Shown here: positions 1-11,400 of the stretch, piece after piece
Layout: the number at the start of each line of letters is the position of its first letter
Position numbering within the stretch: the stretch's first letter is position 1
DNA from: a virus
Direction: 5' to 3' (one strand)
Length of the DNA: 64,000 nucleotides
Virus record (IMG/VR): IMGVR_UViG_3300006738_000004
Coordinates: 1-64,000 of that record
Notes under the pieces: generated by a model
Told to the model about the DNA's origin: nothing
The model's database searches: none
The model's input: only the letters and a program-made list of their open reading frames with translations
Translations under genes and position numbers: made by a program

Positions 1-438
1 CCTTTTGACATCAAGCAGCAGGTTGCCTTCAGCGTTGTTTCAGACGCGGATTACTCTGGCTCCTGGGACACTGGTGGAACAATCAGTGGTAGTGGCTTTG
101 ACGGGGGTGTCCAAACGCAGACGTACCCCGCAGTTACCAAAGACATCGCCATCGGTGACAACGTTGGTGGCAGCCCTGCGAATGGCGTTGGAAGCCACAC
201 GGTTCTCATCACCTACTACGAGGGGTGCTGGTGGTCCGATTGGAACACCACCTTCCAGCGGGACACCGCTGTGGTGATGGAAAACGGCACCATCACCATC
301 ACGGATGTACACGATGGAGCCAGCGTCTACGGTGAGTTCCTGGCTACGGGTAACGACCCGAGCATCGGTCAGTTCACTTCTGCACGCTTCGGCGGCACAA
401 GTGGCATGGTCGCCAGTGAAGCTAATGCCCTTCCATAA
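1..438 (+). CDS. Tail tube protein, C-terminal part (5'-truncated by window)
   Basis: Frame 1 is open from base 1 to TAA at 436-438: PFDIKQQ...LITYYEGCWWSDWNTTFQRDTAVVMENGTITITDV. The PFDI...YEGCW...E pattern is typical of T4 gp19-like tube proteins, and it lies upstream of chaperone and tape-measure genes. Not in the ORF track. Confidence 0.7.
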   Translation, partial: PFDIKQQVAFSVVSDADYSGSWDTGGTISGSGFDGGVQTQTYPAVTKDIAIGDNVGGSPANGVGSHTVLITYYEGCWWSDWNTTFQRDTAVVMENGTITITDVHDGASVYGEFLATGNDPSIGQFTSARFGGTSGMVASEANALP

Positions 439-518
439 GAACTGGCACCTGTCGTTTGATCTCGTAACAGCGTAGGCGGGTAGTATCTTCCTGGGCACGC
501 TGCCCTGGAGGTACTTCC

Positions 519-1724
519 GTGATCAACCTTGATACTTTGAAAGAGGCTCTCGCGCCTCTGGCTAAGATTGGTAAGGAAGAGCTTACCTTTGAGGTAGAGG
601 GCACCGTTGTCCATCTGGCCCCTCTCCTCCCACACCAGGAAGTTGAAGTACAGCGGTACTCCTCCTTGGTCCTGGAGGACACCCAAGACCTGGAAGGCAA
701 GGATGCTGATGACAACATGAGCAGAGCGGCTGCGCTGGACTATTTCGACAAGTTCCGTATCGAGGTCATCTCCTATGCCGTCATCCAAGTTGGAAGCCTG
801 AATCTTCGAGGGGTGGACATGGTGGAGACGGGAGAGGAACTGGACAACGGCGTCAAGGTCAAGGTCAAGCGTCATGTAGCTATGCGGGAGTTGGTCCTGG
901 AAAACTGGTCGCGCTCCATGATCACTTCCGTCTTCTCCCGCTACGGGGACCTTGTGGAGAAGCTCGCTCAGGAAGCAGATGAGATGACTGGCAGGGAGCC
1001 AGCAGACATGGATGTCGAGATTTCTCGCCTCCAAACTCGGCTCGACGGGCTTCGAGAGGAGCGGGCTAAGAGGGTGAAGGGTGATCCCAACGTCACCAAT
1101 CAACAGGTTGAAGACCTCGTGGCTTTGGGTGATGACCGTCAACGACGACTTGCGGAGGCTGCGGCGCAGCACCGGGAAGCAAGACAGGGGTCAGCAAAGC
1201 CTGTTGCCATAAAGACTCCTCAGGGAACCGTGGACTTGGAACACCGACAGGCCCAACCTCCTCCTCAAGCTCCACCGCCGCAAGCTCCACCGCCGCAAGC
1301 TCCACCGCCGCAACCGCCGCAAGCTCCTGAAGCAGGGCATCGGCAGACGCCTACACGCGCATCTGTGATTCCTGAGCATGAAACCCCAACCTCCTTTGAG
1401 GAGATGCGAAGTTCTTTTCAGGATGGGGAAGACCCCGACGTTTTTGCTGCGGAGCAAGCCCGAATCTTGGCAGCCCAAAGGGCAGCCCGTGAAGCAGCGG
1501 CAGTCCGGGCTGGGCATGTGCCTGAAGCAGAGGGGGAAGCTCAGCCAGAAGTTGCTGTGGATCTTGTAGGAGAAGCTACCCATGCAGGACAGGTGCATGG
1601 GGTGGACGCTTACCGCCTTCCTGCTCAAGAGGTGTCGCCTCGGGGCCGCAAGTCTAAGCCCAAAGCAAAGAAGCAAGGAGGTCCTCCTCCTGAGGTGAAT
1701 CCCCACTTCAAGCCTAATGGGTAG
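519..1724 (+). CDS. Putative tail assembly chaperone (401 aa) with low-complexity Pro/Gln/Ala C-terminal half
   Basis: GTG start with GGAGG SD at 507-511; located between tube and tape measure; helical N-terminal domain resembles that of the next gene. Confidence 0.55.
   Translation: MINLDTLKEALAPLAKIGKEELTFEVEGTVVHLAPLLPHQEVEVQRYSSLVLEDTQDLEGKDADDNMSRAAALDYFDKFRIEVISYAVIQVGSLNLRGVDMVETGEELDNGVKVKVKRHVAMRELVLENWSRSMITSVFSRYGDLVEKLAQEADEMTGREPADMDVEISRLQTRLDGLREERAKRVKGDPNVTNQQVEDLVALGDDRQRRLAEAAAQHREARQGSAKPVAIKTPQGTVDLEHRQAQPPPQAPPPQAPPPQAPPPQPPQAPEAGHRQTPTRASVIPEHETPTSFEEMRSSFQDGEDPDVFAAEQARILAAQRAAREAAAVRAGHVPEAEGEAQPEVAVDLVGEATHAGQVHGVDAYRLPAQEVSPRGRKSKPKAKKQGGPPPEVNPHFKPNG
1266..1310 (+). 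repeat. 15-bp tandem repeat (CAAGCTCCACCGCCG x3) encoding QAPPP repeats
   Basis: Three exact copies visible, with degenerate flanking copies. Confidence 0.95.
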
Positions 1725-1729
1725 CGGGG

Positions 1730-3010
1730 GTGGCTGGGAACACCACCCGAGAAGCCCTGCTTCGGGAGTCCGCAGAAGCCTCCCTTTTACAGGAAGCTCA
1801 CCGACGAAGGTTCCTTTACGCTGATGTAGAGCGGCTCATTGAAGAGGGATTTCTCACTCACAATGTCGTCCTGGACGGTGTTGTGGTGACTTTTCGTAGC
1901 CTTACGAGCAGCGACTACGCAGACCTCCTGAACGCGACATACCCTGAGATGGCGCTGGTCTATTTCCATCAGCAGTTGGTGACGAAGGCCATTTACAAGG
2001 TCATGGGACTTCCTGTCGCGGGGCATGAGGAGAACTTTTGGATCAGGCGGCTTTGGGTGGAGAAGCTACCCATACCTTTTCTTAGGGTCTTTATGTCAGT
2101 GGTGGACGGGCTGAATCTTCGCGCAGAGCGGGCTGCCAACCGGACGGAGGCTTATTGCTACGAGCCGTACAGTCGGCAACTTTGGCTCATGGTGCGAAGT
2201 TCTGCCCCTTACGGTCGAACCGAGATGGGGCTGGTTCGCAGGTTGTGGGTTGCTCACAACCTGCATGAGGATGAGAGAAAAGCGGATGCGCGACAGTGGG
2301 ATCACACCCGTGCAGTTGTCGCAACCCAGGCCCACAAGTACGCCAAGAAGCTGGCAGAGCATGATCGGAACTGGGATGAGCGGGAAAAAAGCCGCCGTAG
2401 ACGCATCATTGAGAACGCCGTCAACTACATCATCCAAGGACCCAAGGAAGAGCAAGAGGAGGTGTACATCACCATTGATGGGAAGAGCTACTTGGCTCCC
2501 AAGGTGCGTGAAGCAACAACCTTGGAAGACCTGGGAGACGAGTTGGATCGGTGGATTGCGGGCGAGAAGGATTACCACGATGTCGTGGTTGAAGAGTATG
2601 AGCGGAAAGTGCGGGCGCAGTTTGAGGGCCAGAGAGCGGCACGAGAGGCAAAGCGTCAGCAGGCCGAAGAAATGGATAGCCTCTTAGAGCAGGCTGGTAT
2701 TCAACAGCCCGAAACCAAGTTGGTGGGGTACACGGCAGAGCAGTTGAGGGAGATGGGGCATAAGTTCAAACCTGCTGGAGTGACCACGGAAGCAACGAGT
2801 CAAAGCTCTGGGCGGCTCTATGACCGCTACATGAAGCATGAGGCTCAGAAGGGGTGGATTGGTAGTGGGGGGTTGGTGGAGGTGGCAGATGAGCCTCAGG
2901 AGCCGTCCCCTAATGAGCCGTCCCTTCAGGAGCGCCTGCAAGACAGAAAGCCCTCTCTCTTCCCTACTCCTTCTATGGACCCCGACAAGGTGAGAGGTTC
3001 CGATGGCTGA
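1730..3010 (+). CDS. Second putative tail assembly chaperone-like protein (426 aa)
   Basis: Long ORF overlapping the tape-measure start. N-terminus (GFLTHNVVLDGVVVTFRSL) parallels the preceding gene (GKEELTFEVEGTVVHLAPL). Confidence 0.5.
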   Translation: MAGNTTREALLRESAEASLLQEAHRRRFLYADVERLIEEGFLTHNVVLDGVVVTFRSLTSSDYADLLNATYPEMALVYFHQQLVTKAIYKVMGLPVAGHEENFWIRRLWVEKLPIPFLRVFMSVVDGLNLRAERAANRTEAYCYEPYSRQLWLMVRSSAPYGRTEMGLVRRLWVAHNLHEDERKADARQWDHTRAVVATQAHKYAKKLAEHDRNWDEREKSRRRRIIENAVNYIIQGPKEEQEEVYITIDGKSYLAPKVREATTLEDLGDELDRWIAGEKDYHDVVVEEYERKVRAQFEGQRAAREAKRQQAEEMDSLLEQAGIQQPETKLVGYTAEQLREMGHKFKPAGVTTEATSQSSGRLYDRYMKHEAQKGWIGSGGLVEVADEPQEPSPNEPSLQERLQDRKPSLFPTPSMDPDKVRGSDG

Positions 3011-6000
3011 CACTACCTTGAAAGCTGAACTGGTTGTTGATGTCAGCATGGGGATGCTGCGAGGCGACTCCAAGGTGCGAAGTGCTGTTGAGGGGCTTTT
3101 CGACAATGCTGTTGGGGTGGGGCTGATTCGGGGTGTAAAGGGCAGCAGTCGAGAACTTCAGGCCGAGATGTTCAAGGTCATCGCCCACTCCATGAGGTCG
3201 GGCGGTAAGTCCGGTGCCCAGGAGTTCTACAAAGTCTTCAAGGCGGGGTCGAAAGAGATCGTGTCTGCCCGCGAGGAGATGGCTCGCCTTGATCGAAGAA
3301 TCATCACCGAAACCAACGACGCTCATAAGAAGAGGATGCAAGGAGACAGACAAGCTCTCGATGATGAGGTTCGCCGTAAGACCAAGCTGATGAAGGACCA
3401 GCAGAAGACAATCGCCAAAGAGACAGAGCGTATGTCTGATGTCCTCAAGGAGGCTGGAAAGAACCTCAAAGAGAGTATTTCCGAAGGTGCCGAGGACCTG
3501 AACAAAGAGATCGAGAAGATCACCGGGCAGGACTTCGGAGAGGGTTTCGGGAAGGCAAAGAAGACGCACGACAAGACGAAGGCTTTTGGGCAGCAGGCTC
3601 AAAACATGGGCGGTCGGATGGGGAAGATCGGCAAGAGCATGGGCGGTCGGATGGGCAGGGGGCTTGCCAGTGGCGGCAAGATGCTGGCAGCGGCAGGAAC
3701 CGTAGCCGCTGGAGCCGCTGTGGTGGTCGCCGCTGTTGCCGGACTCGGCATCATGATGAAGAAGGTCTACGACTGGTCCAAGGGCATGAACAAGGCCCTT
3801 TTGGACAACGTGGCCTCTGCGGACTTGTGGTCTGACGCGATGGATCGAGGCCGCCTCGATATGAATCGTATGGCAGGCACCCTGAGGGACACTGCCACCG
3901 ACATGGCCCTTGACTGGCGTATGCAGTCCGAAGAGGTCATCGGGCTGATGCGGGCAGTCAATGATGCGGGGCTTACCTTCAAGGAGTTGGAGCAGTTCTC
4001 AGGGGGCCTCTCTTTTCGGGACGCGGTGCAGGATACGGCTGAGATGGTCTTGGTTGCCTCTAAGAACTTGGGCATCGGCTACCAGGAAGCAGGGGAGTAC
4101 GCTGACAGGATGATGCGTGACTTTGGGATGGGGATCGAAGGTGTGACTGAATCCTTCGCCAAGGTCTTTGTGGCTGCACAGGGTTCTGGGATGGCAGTCA
4201 AATCCTTCTTCACCGCTGTCAACGAGGCATCCTCAGGGATGGCCCTCTACAACTTCCGTCTGGATGACACTCTCGGCCTTTTGGGCCTGATGACGGAAGT
4301 ACTGGGAGAAGACTTGGCGAAGGAGCAACTCAAGATGTCCGGGCAGTTCAGGAACATGGGTATGCAGGAACGGACGAAGACGGCTCTGACGACAGGGGTA
4401 GGCCGTACTCAGAGCATCCTCAAGGCTGACGCTGAAGCTCAAGCACGAACATTCACAGAGCAGTTCGGGCATCAAATAGCGCAGCTTGGTGGCACTGGGA
4501 TGATTAGCAGCATGGGCCAACTGGACGCGGCAGCAGTCGGCTCGATGTCCGAGAAGGACTTCCGCAACGCCATCGGAAAACTTCGGGAGACAGACGGCAA
4601 CGACCCCATGGCTCGAAGCTTGGAGAACATCCGTCAGTTGTCCCAAGGCACGTCAGGTGGTGCCTTGGGTGCCGCATCTGGTATGGGCGGCCTTTCCCGA
4701 AGTGGGGAGATGGCTATGCAGCTTGCTCAAGCCAGTGCGGTCCTTGGGTCGAAGGGTGTTTCGAGTATGCAGGGGATGGATCAGATGGCCTTTGAAGAAA
4801 TCACCGGGCAGTCCGGTGAGAACTTCCAGATTCTCCAGCGCCTCGACCGTCAGTTTCGCTATGAGTACGACAAGGCAGGGGGAGCGGAAGGCACCGGGAA
4901 GAGCTTCTTCGAGTTTGTTGGTTCGGGGCAGTTTGCGGATGAGCTTGAGCAAGCCGCCATGGAAGCTCAAGACCCGATGCGGAGACTCGCTGAAGCACAA
5001 CTCAAGGAAACCACCAGCGTCGTACAGACCCTCAAGAACTACGTCGGTGTCGGGATTGACAGTGTGTCTCAGGGCATCGACACCCTATACAGGCATTTCA
5101 CAAGGTACGGGGGAGGAGAGTCCGAAGAAGCGGCAGCGAGCAAAGCAAAAGTGGACCAGATGCAAGAGCAGTTGCGGCACCTTACCGACATCCAATCTGC
5201 GGACAGAACCATGTCCGCTACAGCTACAGGGGCAGAAGCTACCCGAATCGCGGGGGAGCTTGAGACACGGGCGCAGACGATCAAGGACCTTCGGGACGCG
5301 ATTCGGGAGGAGCGGGATGTTTACACGGAAATGGCTGGGGGCAAGACTGAGACTGCGGCGAGGCAACGTGCATCGGTAAAGGCGGCAGGTCGGGAGATGG
5401 GCATTGACCCCATGACTTGGGTTCGTTCGCTGTTCGACAGCGGCAACTACAACCAAGGGATGCAGGTTGCAAGGGATGCAGGTATCGGCACCGGCACCGG
5501 AAGCTCCGGTCTTGAGTTCGATTGGAGGGATCTTAGCGATGAGCAATACGATTCAGTAATGACTCAACACGCGGGCGGGGTGCTTCGAGACGATGATGGG
5601 GGCGTGTCGAGAAACCACATCTACGGGGCGCAGTACGGGGGCGCAGTAACGAGGAAGATGAATCGGGGTCAGATGACGGATGATGAAATCGGGGAACTCT
5701 TCAACACGGGGGCTGTGTCAGTCACATTGGCCGAGTCCAAGGAACTGGACCAGGAGCAGCTTGATGCGATCACAAGCAGCCATGCAGCAGTAACCACGCA
5801 GCAACAGACTCTTGCAGACCAGCAGAAGCGACGAGACGAGGATGAAATCGCTGCAATCCAGGCTCTGCGGAAGGTGTTTGACCGCGAGGAGATGGGCAAA
5901 CTGACTGCTGTCACCGGGAAGACGCAAGGGCAGTTGGCTCAAATGAAGGTGTCAGGGGGAGGCATTTCCGAGGGCGAGTCTCAGGACTTGGCTAACCGGG

Positions 6001-6368
6001 CGCGGACTCGCTACAACCAGATGAATCCCAATGACCCGAGGACGGCGGGGCAGAGCCTGCCTCGGGAATGGCAGTCCATCCTCACGCAGTACGGTGTAAC
6101 GCCAGCGCACGCCAGCCAACCCTTCAGGGATTTCGTGTGGGACCCGATGAACGGTTTCCAAGAGTTCACCGCTGGTGACATCCCGATGGGTCCGGGGATG
6201 GGGCTGCCCGGAGGACCCCTATCAAAGGCTTTGACGGGTGGGGTGACTACCATCAATAACTACATCAACGGCACAGACGAGATGAACGCCCAGTTCGGTC
6301 GGATCCTGGACCAGACCTTGATCGACGCGGGGGTCTCAAAGCGGCCCGGACCCTCGAAGCTCGTATGA
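3003..6368 (+). CDS. Tail tape measure protein (1121 aa)
   Basis: Ala/Gly/Met-rich helical protein with coiled-coil segments and a hydrophobic stretch (AAAGTVAAGAAVVVAAVAGLGIMM); C-terminal 'TTINNYING' motif; canonical position. Confidence 0.8.
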   Translation: MADTTLKAELVVDVSMGMLRGDSKVRSAVEGLFDNAVGVGLIRGVKGSSRELQAEMFKVIAHSMRSGGKSGAQEFYKVFKAGSKEIVSAREEMARLDRRIITETNDAHKKRMQGDRQALDDEVRRKTKLMKDQQKTIAKETERMSDVLKEAGKNLKESISEGAEDLNKEIEKITGQDFGEGFGKAKKTHDKTKAFGQQAQNMGGRMGKIGKSMGGRMGRGLASGGKMLAAAGTVAAGAAVVVAAVAGLGIMMKKVYDWSKGMNKALLDNVASADLWSDAMDRGRLDMNRMAGTLRDTATDMALDWRMQSEEVIGLMRAVNDAGLTFKELEQFSGGLSFRDAVQDTAEMVLVASKNLGIGYQEAGEYADRMMRDFGMGIEGVTESFAKVFVAAQGSGMAVKSFFTAVNEASSGMALYNFRLDDTLGLLGLMTEVLGEDLAKEQLKMSGQFRNMGMQERTKTALTTGVGRTQSILKADAEAQARTFTEQFGHQIAQLGGTGMISSMGQLDAAAVGSMSEKDFRNAIGKLRETDGNDPMARSLENIRQLSQGTSGGALGAASGMGGLSRSGEMAMQLAQASAVLGSKGVSSMQGMDQMAFEEITGQSGENFQILQRLDRQFRYEYDKAGGAEGTGKSFFEFVGSGQFADELEQAAMEAQDPMRRLAEAQLKETTSVVQTLKNYVGVGIDSVSQGIDTLYRHFTRYGGGESEEAAASKAKVDQMQEQLRHLTDIQSADRTMSATATGAEATRIAGELETRAQTIKDLRDAIREERDVYTEMAGGKTETAARQRASVKAAGREMGIDPMTWVRSLFDSGNYNQGMQVARDAGIGTGTGSSGLEFDWRDLSDEQYDSVMTQHAGGVLRDDDGGVSRNHIYGAQYGGAVTRKMNRGQMTDDEIGELFNTGAVSVTLAESKELDQEQLDAITSSHAAVTTQQQTLADQQKRRDEDEIAAIQALRKVFDREEMGKLTAVTGKTQGQLAQMKVSGGGISEGESQDLANRARTRYNQMNPNDPRTAGQSLPREWQSILTQYGVTPAHASQPFRDFVWDPMNGFQEFTAGDIPMGPGMGLPGGPLSKALTGGVTTINNYINGTDEMNAQFGRILDQTLIDAGVSKRPGPSKLV

Positions 6369-6380
6369 GGAGGATGACCT

Positions 6381-7028
6381 ATGTCTACTGATGTTCCGAT
6401 TTTTCGCCCTGCTTTCCCTGCGGGGGCCGCAGATGTTGCATCCAGGAACGGCACGCAACCCGTCATCTTCGACATCCTGGGACCTGACCGAGAGACGAGC
6501 ATCCTTCCAGCCGAATGGAGGCTTGTGCTTCACGTCAACCCGTCCTCGATGAAGATGTCCTACAGCAAGAAGATCGAACGTATCCAGACGAAGGGTGGCT
6601 GGGTTGAACAGCATTGGGGGGATGACGCCCAGAACATCGCGTTCGAGGCGTCCACAGGCTCGTTCATGAGGCTTTATTCGGGTCTTTCTGATACCACCTC
6701 CACTACCTATGGGGGTACTCGGCGCGAGACCCTCGCCTATGACTCCTATTTGGACTGGCTGGCGCTGTTCCACAACAACGGCTCAGTTTACGACCACTCG
6801 GGTCAGGTTGTTTTCCAGGGCATCATCCAGGTCACTTTTGCGGCGGGGGTGTATCGGGGTTGGTTCACTCAGTTCTCTGTCACTGAATCTGCCGAAAAGC
6901 CTTACGCCTTTCAGTTGTCCTGCGCCATGGAAATCGCAGAGGAGATTCAGGTATGGCGTAGTGCTTACGGCGGTGAAGCCGACGGCGCTTACGAAGGCTA
7001 CGCGGACCTCGCGGACTTGAAGAGTTAG
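6381..7028 (+). CDS. Tail tube initiator / baseplate-tube junction protein (T4 gp48/gp54-like), 215 aa
   Basis: SD GAGGAGG; motifs LHVNPSSMKMSY...HWGD...YRGWFTQFSVTESAEKPY typical of tube-fold initiators; follows tape measure. Confidence 0.65.
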   Translation: MSTDVPIFRPAFPAGAADVASRNGTQPVIFDILGPDRETSILPAEWRLVLHVNPSSMKMSYSKKIERIQTKGGWVEQHWGDDAQNIAFEASTGSFMRLYSGLSDTTSTTYGGTRRETLAYDSYLDWLALFHNNGSVYDHSGQVVFQGIIQVTFAAGVYRGWFTQFSVTESAEKPYAFQLSCAMEIAEEIQVWRSAYGGEADGAYEGYADLADLKS

Positions 7029-7032
7029 GGTA

Positions 7033-8466
7033 ATGGCTACTATCGGATACGTTGAAATCGCGGAACGCTACGCTTCGGTAACGACGGGGCCACGCCTCAC
7101 CTACTCGTTTGAAACGCAAGAGGGGCAGCCTGTTGACGGGTCGAACCCGATGCTTCGGGACTTGTCCCCGTTCACTATGTTCCTCCTACCTCCCGGAGGA
7201 GGCACCGGAGCCGACTTGGTGGCCCCTTATGTGGAGGCGGTTGGTGAAGAGGCTTTTGCCTATGTAGAACCCTTTACACTCAATGTTGAAGCCTACACAG
7301 GAGCATCATCAGTCAATACAGCTTCTCAGCAGGCGGCCAACAACATCAGAGCGACGTTTGGGATGTCGATGGTGGATCCCAACAATAGCCAATCGTATGA
7401 CAACACCATCTCCAACCTTGAGTCCACCGTGAGCGTGGCCCAAGTGACCCGGTACCAAGGAGGATCTGGGGAAGTCATTCCCACAATGTGCGATGGCTTT
7501 ACCGCAGCGGATATTGCGTTGCAGGTTGCTCAGATTCTGAATGTCCCCCCGCTTACGTTGCTGATCAACCCCAGTGAGATGGCCATCACCTACCAGTCCA
7601 TTCAGAACTACACGGACAGGGGACGAAACGGGTTCATTTTCCAACGATGGGGAGAGGGACAACCTACTATCTCGTTCTCGGGCAGTACTGGCGCTTACAT
7701 GGCCGGGGAAGGCACCTCAGGTGCGGGGTTTGGAGGACTTGAGGGCCTTACCAGACACAACGTGGGAGGTGCGTTGCTCAATGCGACCTCTGGGTTGAAT
7801 GAGGCACAGGCCAGTGATGGCTACACCAACGTCGCCACAGGTGTGCAGTTCGCCACCATGAGGGACTCTGCGGCGTTCCAGAACTTCATTTCCCTGTACC
7901 ACTTCTACCGTAACAACGGACTCATCTACGACACCATCGGGAAGTCTGAAGCACACCTTTTCGTGGGGTCCGTTGCGATTTCTTACGACCAGTGGATTTA
8001 CGTCGGGCACATCGAGAGCTTCGAGTTCTCTTTCACGGAAGAGAGCCAGCACCGCATGGAGTGGTCCATGGAGTTCGTCTGCGATGAGATGTACGACACC
8101 GCGACCTCTCCCTCTGTGGTCCTTCCTATGTACACCCCTGAGCCAAACCCTGCGTATCCAGGCCGTGCCAGTGACCGGGGAGGGGGTTCCCTGAGTTCTC
8201 ATGACGCAGTGGTAAGCAGTAATGGGACGGCTTGGCTGGGAGTCACCGGAGGTCCCGACTCTTTCCAAGACAACTCTTCGTTCGACACCAGTGCTTACGG
8301 GAATGACTTGGTGGCAGCTTGGGAAGACCATGGGGACGATCCTGATGTCCCCGGTTCCCAATGGCCCACTACTCAGTGGGAGAACTCAGCCTACACCAAC
8401 CAAGAGGACCGGGACCGTGAGGAAGAGATGCAGCAATGGATCGAAAACCTCACCAAGGATGACTGA
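7033..8466 (+). CDS. Second tube-initiator-like protein (477 aa), paralogue of the preceding gene
   Basis: LLINPSEMAITY...QRWGE...YRNNGLIYD...YVGHIESFEFSF aligns by eye with 6381..7028. Confidence 0.6.
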   Translation: MATIGYVEIAERYASVTTGPRLTYSFETQEGQPVDGSNPMLRDLSPFTMFLLPPGGGTGADLVAPYVEAVGEEAFAYVEPFTLNVEAYTGASSVNTASQQAANNIRATFGMSMVDPNNSQSYDNTISNLESTVSVAQVTRYQGGSGEVIPTMCDGFTAADIALQVAQILNVPPLTLLINPSEMAITYQSIQNYTDRGRNGFIFQRWGEGQPTISFSGSTGAYMAGEGTSGAGFGGLEGLTRHNVGGALLNATSGLNEAQASDGYTNVATGVQFATMRDSAAFQNFISLYHFYRNNGLIYDTIGKSEAHLFVGSVAISYDQWIYVGHIESFEFSFTEESQHRMEWSMEFVCDEMYDTATSPSVVLPMYTPEPNPAYPGRASDRGGGSLSSHDAVVSSNGTAWLGVTGGPDSFQDNSSFDTSAYGNDLVAAWEDHGDDPDVPGSQWPTTQWENSAYTNQEDRDREEEMQQWIENLTKDD

Positions 8467-11400
8467 TGGGAGTTGGAGATCGACCATATGCAGGTGGCTG
8501 GAAGCAAAACCAGAACTCGGTAGTACGCCACACTCCTGATGCGAGGGTTTTCTTCAACGGGATGCTCACGCTTCCAGGGTGCCCTGCCTGTCACGGCTCC
8601 GTTGATGTTCAGAAGTACATCACAGGCGTGTCGGTGGACACCAGTGTGGAACCGGTGGCGAACTGCACGATTTCCATGTCAGTCCCGCGATTCGCTTCCG
8701 ATGTCTTTGGGCAGGACGGCTCTTTCATCATCACCCCAGGCATTGAAGTCGTGGTTTACATGCGGGGTTATTTTCCGATAGCGGGTGGTGCTGTTACTCC
8801 TGGTTGGGCTGAGGGGGTAGTTGAGGGGGAGATCAACACCAACGAGGTGGTTGCTTACCCTTACTATCAGGTCTTTCGCGGAATCGTTATCGAGGCGTCC
8901 CATGACTACAACGGGGGGATGTACAACGCTTCTTTGACCTGTGCGGACTTCTTGCATTTTTGGCAGAATCTCCAACTGGCGACCAACGGCGCTGTGTTGC
9001 AGAACTCCACTAACGATTCGAGCATCCAGGGCTACATGACGGGGCACCGCTTCACCAGGATGAACCCCTACGCCATCATCTACACGCTTTTCAAGGTTGG
9101 GTATGGCTCCACTGGGGGTGCAGATTACATCATGTCGGGGAAAACGAACCATGACGCTACTGCTTGGAAGGGTGAATCAGGCACGCAGTTGAACAAGCTC
9201 GCTGCGTTGAACATGGAGAGGATCCTGGCTTCGCATCAGATGAGCCTGAAGATGTTTGCAATGGACGGCACTCTTTACAGTGCCATGGAGATGGCTTTTA
9301 TCGGCACTTTCCATGACGACCAGAGCCAGGGCAGTCAGCTTTGGGAGAACGCGGGTGCCGACCATGGGACGGTGACAGGTCGGATGCTTGAGTTCCTGCG
9401 GAAGTACGGCTTCAACAGCGCGGCTGCCAACGCTCAGCTTCTGGATAGTAATGAGGGGGGTGATGCGGCTTACCTCAACATCCTGAAGCAAAATGCGTTC
9501 ATGATGGACATTGGCGCACTGGGCGCACTCAATCTTTGGGAAACGGAGTACATGACCAAGTTGGAGATTGGGGCTGCTGTCACCGACATCACAGGCTTCG
9601 AGTTGTACATGGACGTGGACGGGGACATTGTCTTCAAGCCTCCCTTTTGGAATATGGACACCTCTTCCGATCCGACGTACCGCATCGAGAACCGGGACCT
9701 GATTAGCCTGTCCCAGGCTTCCCGAGAACCGGAAGCAACCTACGTCAAAGTGACGGGCACTCACTTCAACGCTCAGGGAACAGGTACGGACGGTTGGGTG
9801 GCTCCTGGAGCCACCTACATCGACTACCGTTTGGTGGGGATGTTTGGGTGGCGGGAGCACAGCTTTGAGGCTGGGTACCTCTCAAGTGCCAAGCAGATGT
9901 ACATATCTGCCATTGCCCGGTTGGATGTCATCAATGTGGGGACACATACTTGTAGCGCCACGATCCCGATCCGTCCTGAGCTTCGTCCCGGATACCCCGT
10001 GTACATCACGGAAGCCCAATGCTTTTACTACATCCAATCCTTGAGCCACCAGTTCCAGTTTGGAGGTCAATGCACGACCACCATCAACGGGACAGCGCGT
10101 CGAGGTAAGTTCCATCCTCCAGGGACACCCCCGAAAGACCGTCCAGTCGCAATCTCAGACATTCGGCTCGACCGCCCAGACTTGCCAGCACTTCCCATTC
10201 TCGCAAGCGGTCAGGGAGGAGAGACGGCATCTCAGACGTTCGAGGCCCGCACCGTTGGGTTTCCTAACGTAGTGATGGCCTTGGACCCATCGCAGCAAAA
10301 CATACAGGGTTGGATTACAGATCCTTTCACCCAGCTTGAGTTGGGAGGGGACCAATCCGTGTGGGCCGAGAAGGCTGTTATTGAGTGGCTTCTTACCAAG
10401 GGGTACATAGAGGCAGACCCTGAAAACGCCCCCTCCACTGACCTCCACGTCGTCAGAACCGAAGGGCCGTGGAAGTTCCGCACGAGCAACACCGACTGGC
10501 AGACGATAAGGAAGGCTGAGATCACCGAGGGGTACGCAGCATACGCGGCGGCTGGTCAGGCGTTGTCTAAAGCACGGGAGGGTGACAACAGAACCGGCTA
10601 CGCGAACGCGCAGCGCATGTACATCGAGGCGATTTCAGGGCCATTCGGAACCTTGATAGGGGCTATCAAGAAGGACGACCTCAACAAGGATGAGGCCCTC
10701 AGAAACTGGATTGCTCTGTTAGAAACCCAGAAAGCCCGTTGGGCACCGAAAGCGGAAGGCCGTTACCGCTACTACTCAAGCTCACACCCGGACCCGGCGC
10801 ACCAAGGTCCAGACCTGATTCGGTGGGACAAGCTCGGTGGGACGATGAACCTCGAAACGCCCAGGTCCCCGGAGTCAAGCGGGAAGCTTCATATCCTCAA
10901 GGATGGGGGGACGGCCTACCCGCTGGTCGAGGAAATATCAGCATCAGATGTGGAAAGAGGGCTTACCGTTATGGCCCTGGATTCTGACGGGGAAGAGGCG
11001 ACACAGGCCATCATCCTGACCTCAGAACTCCACTTCGTGAACTTTTGTTATCACACCGCAATACCAAACCCTACCCGGCTCGTGGGAGCCAAGGGGCAAG
11101 ACTATCTGGCTGGGTTTTTCATAGACACTGGGCGTCTCGAATGGTGGGTGAGGGTTATTCGTGTGAATGGCCCAAACGCCCAAGCCGCCGAGAACAACCC
11201 CAAAGCATGGTTCTACGGGGATTCCGGGGACCCCCAGACTGGCTTTGATTCTCTCAAGCCTGCTGATGGGGTCATTGGTGCCCTCTTCGGGCTTATGGCT
11301 GAAGCAGGCAAGCAGATGAAGACCCCGTCGGGGAAAAACGCATGGGAATCTATAAAAGAGGGCGCTCCTTCTGGCGCAAGGTCGATAAAACAAGACGTGG

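Noticed and set aside
443-460. Sigma54-like promoter TGGCAC upstream of the first chaperone gene
   Set aside because: The required TTGC -12 element is not at the correct spacing.
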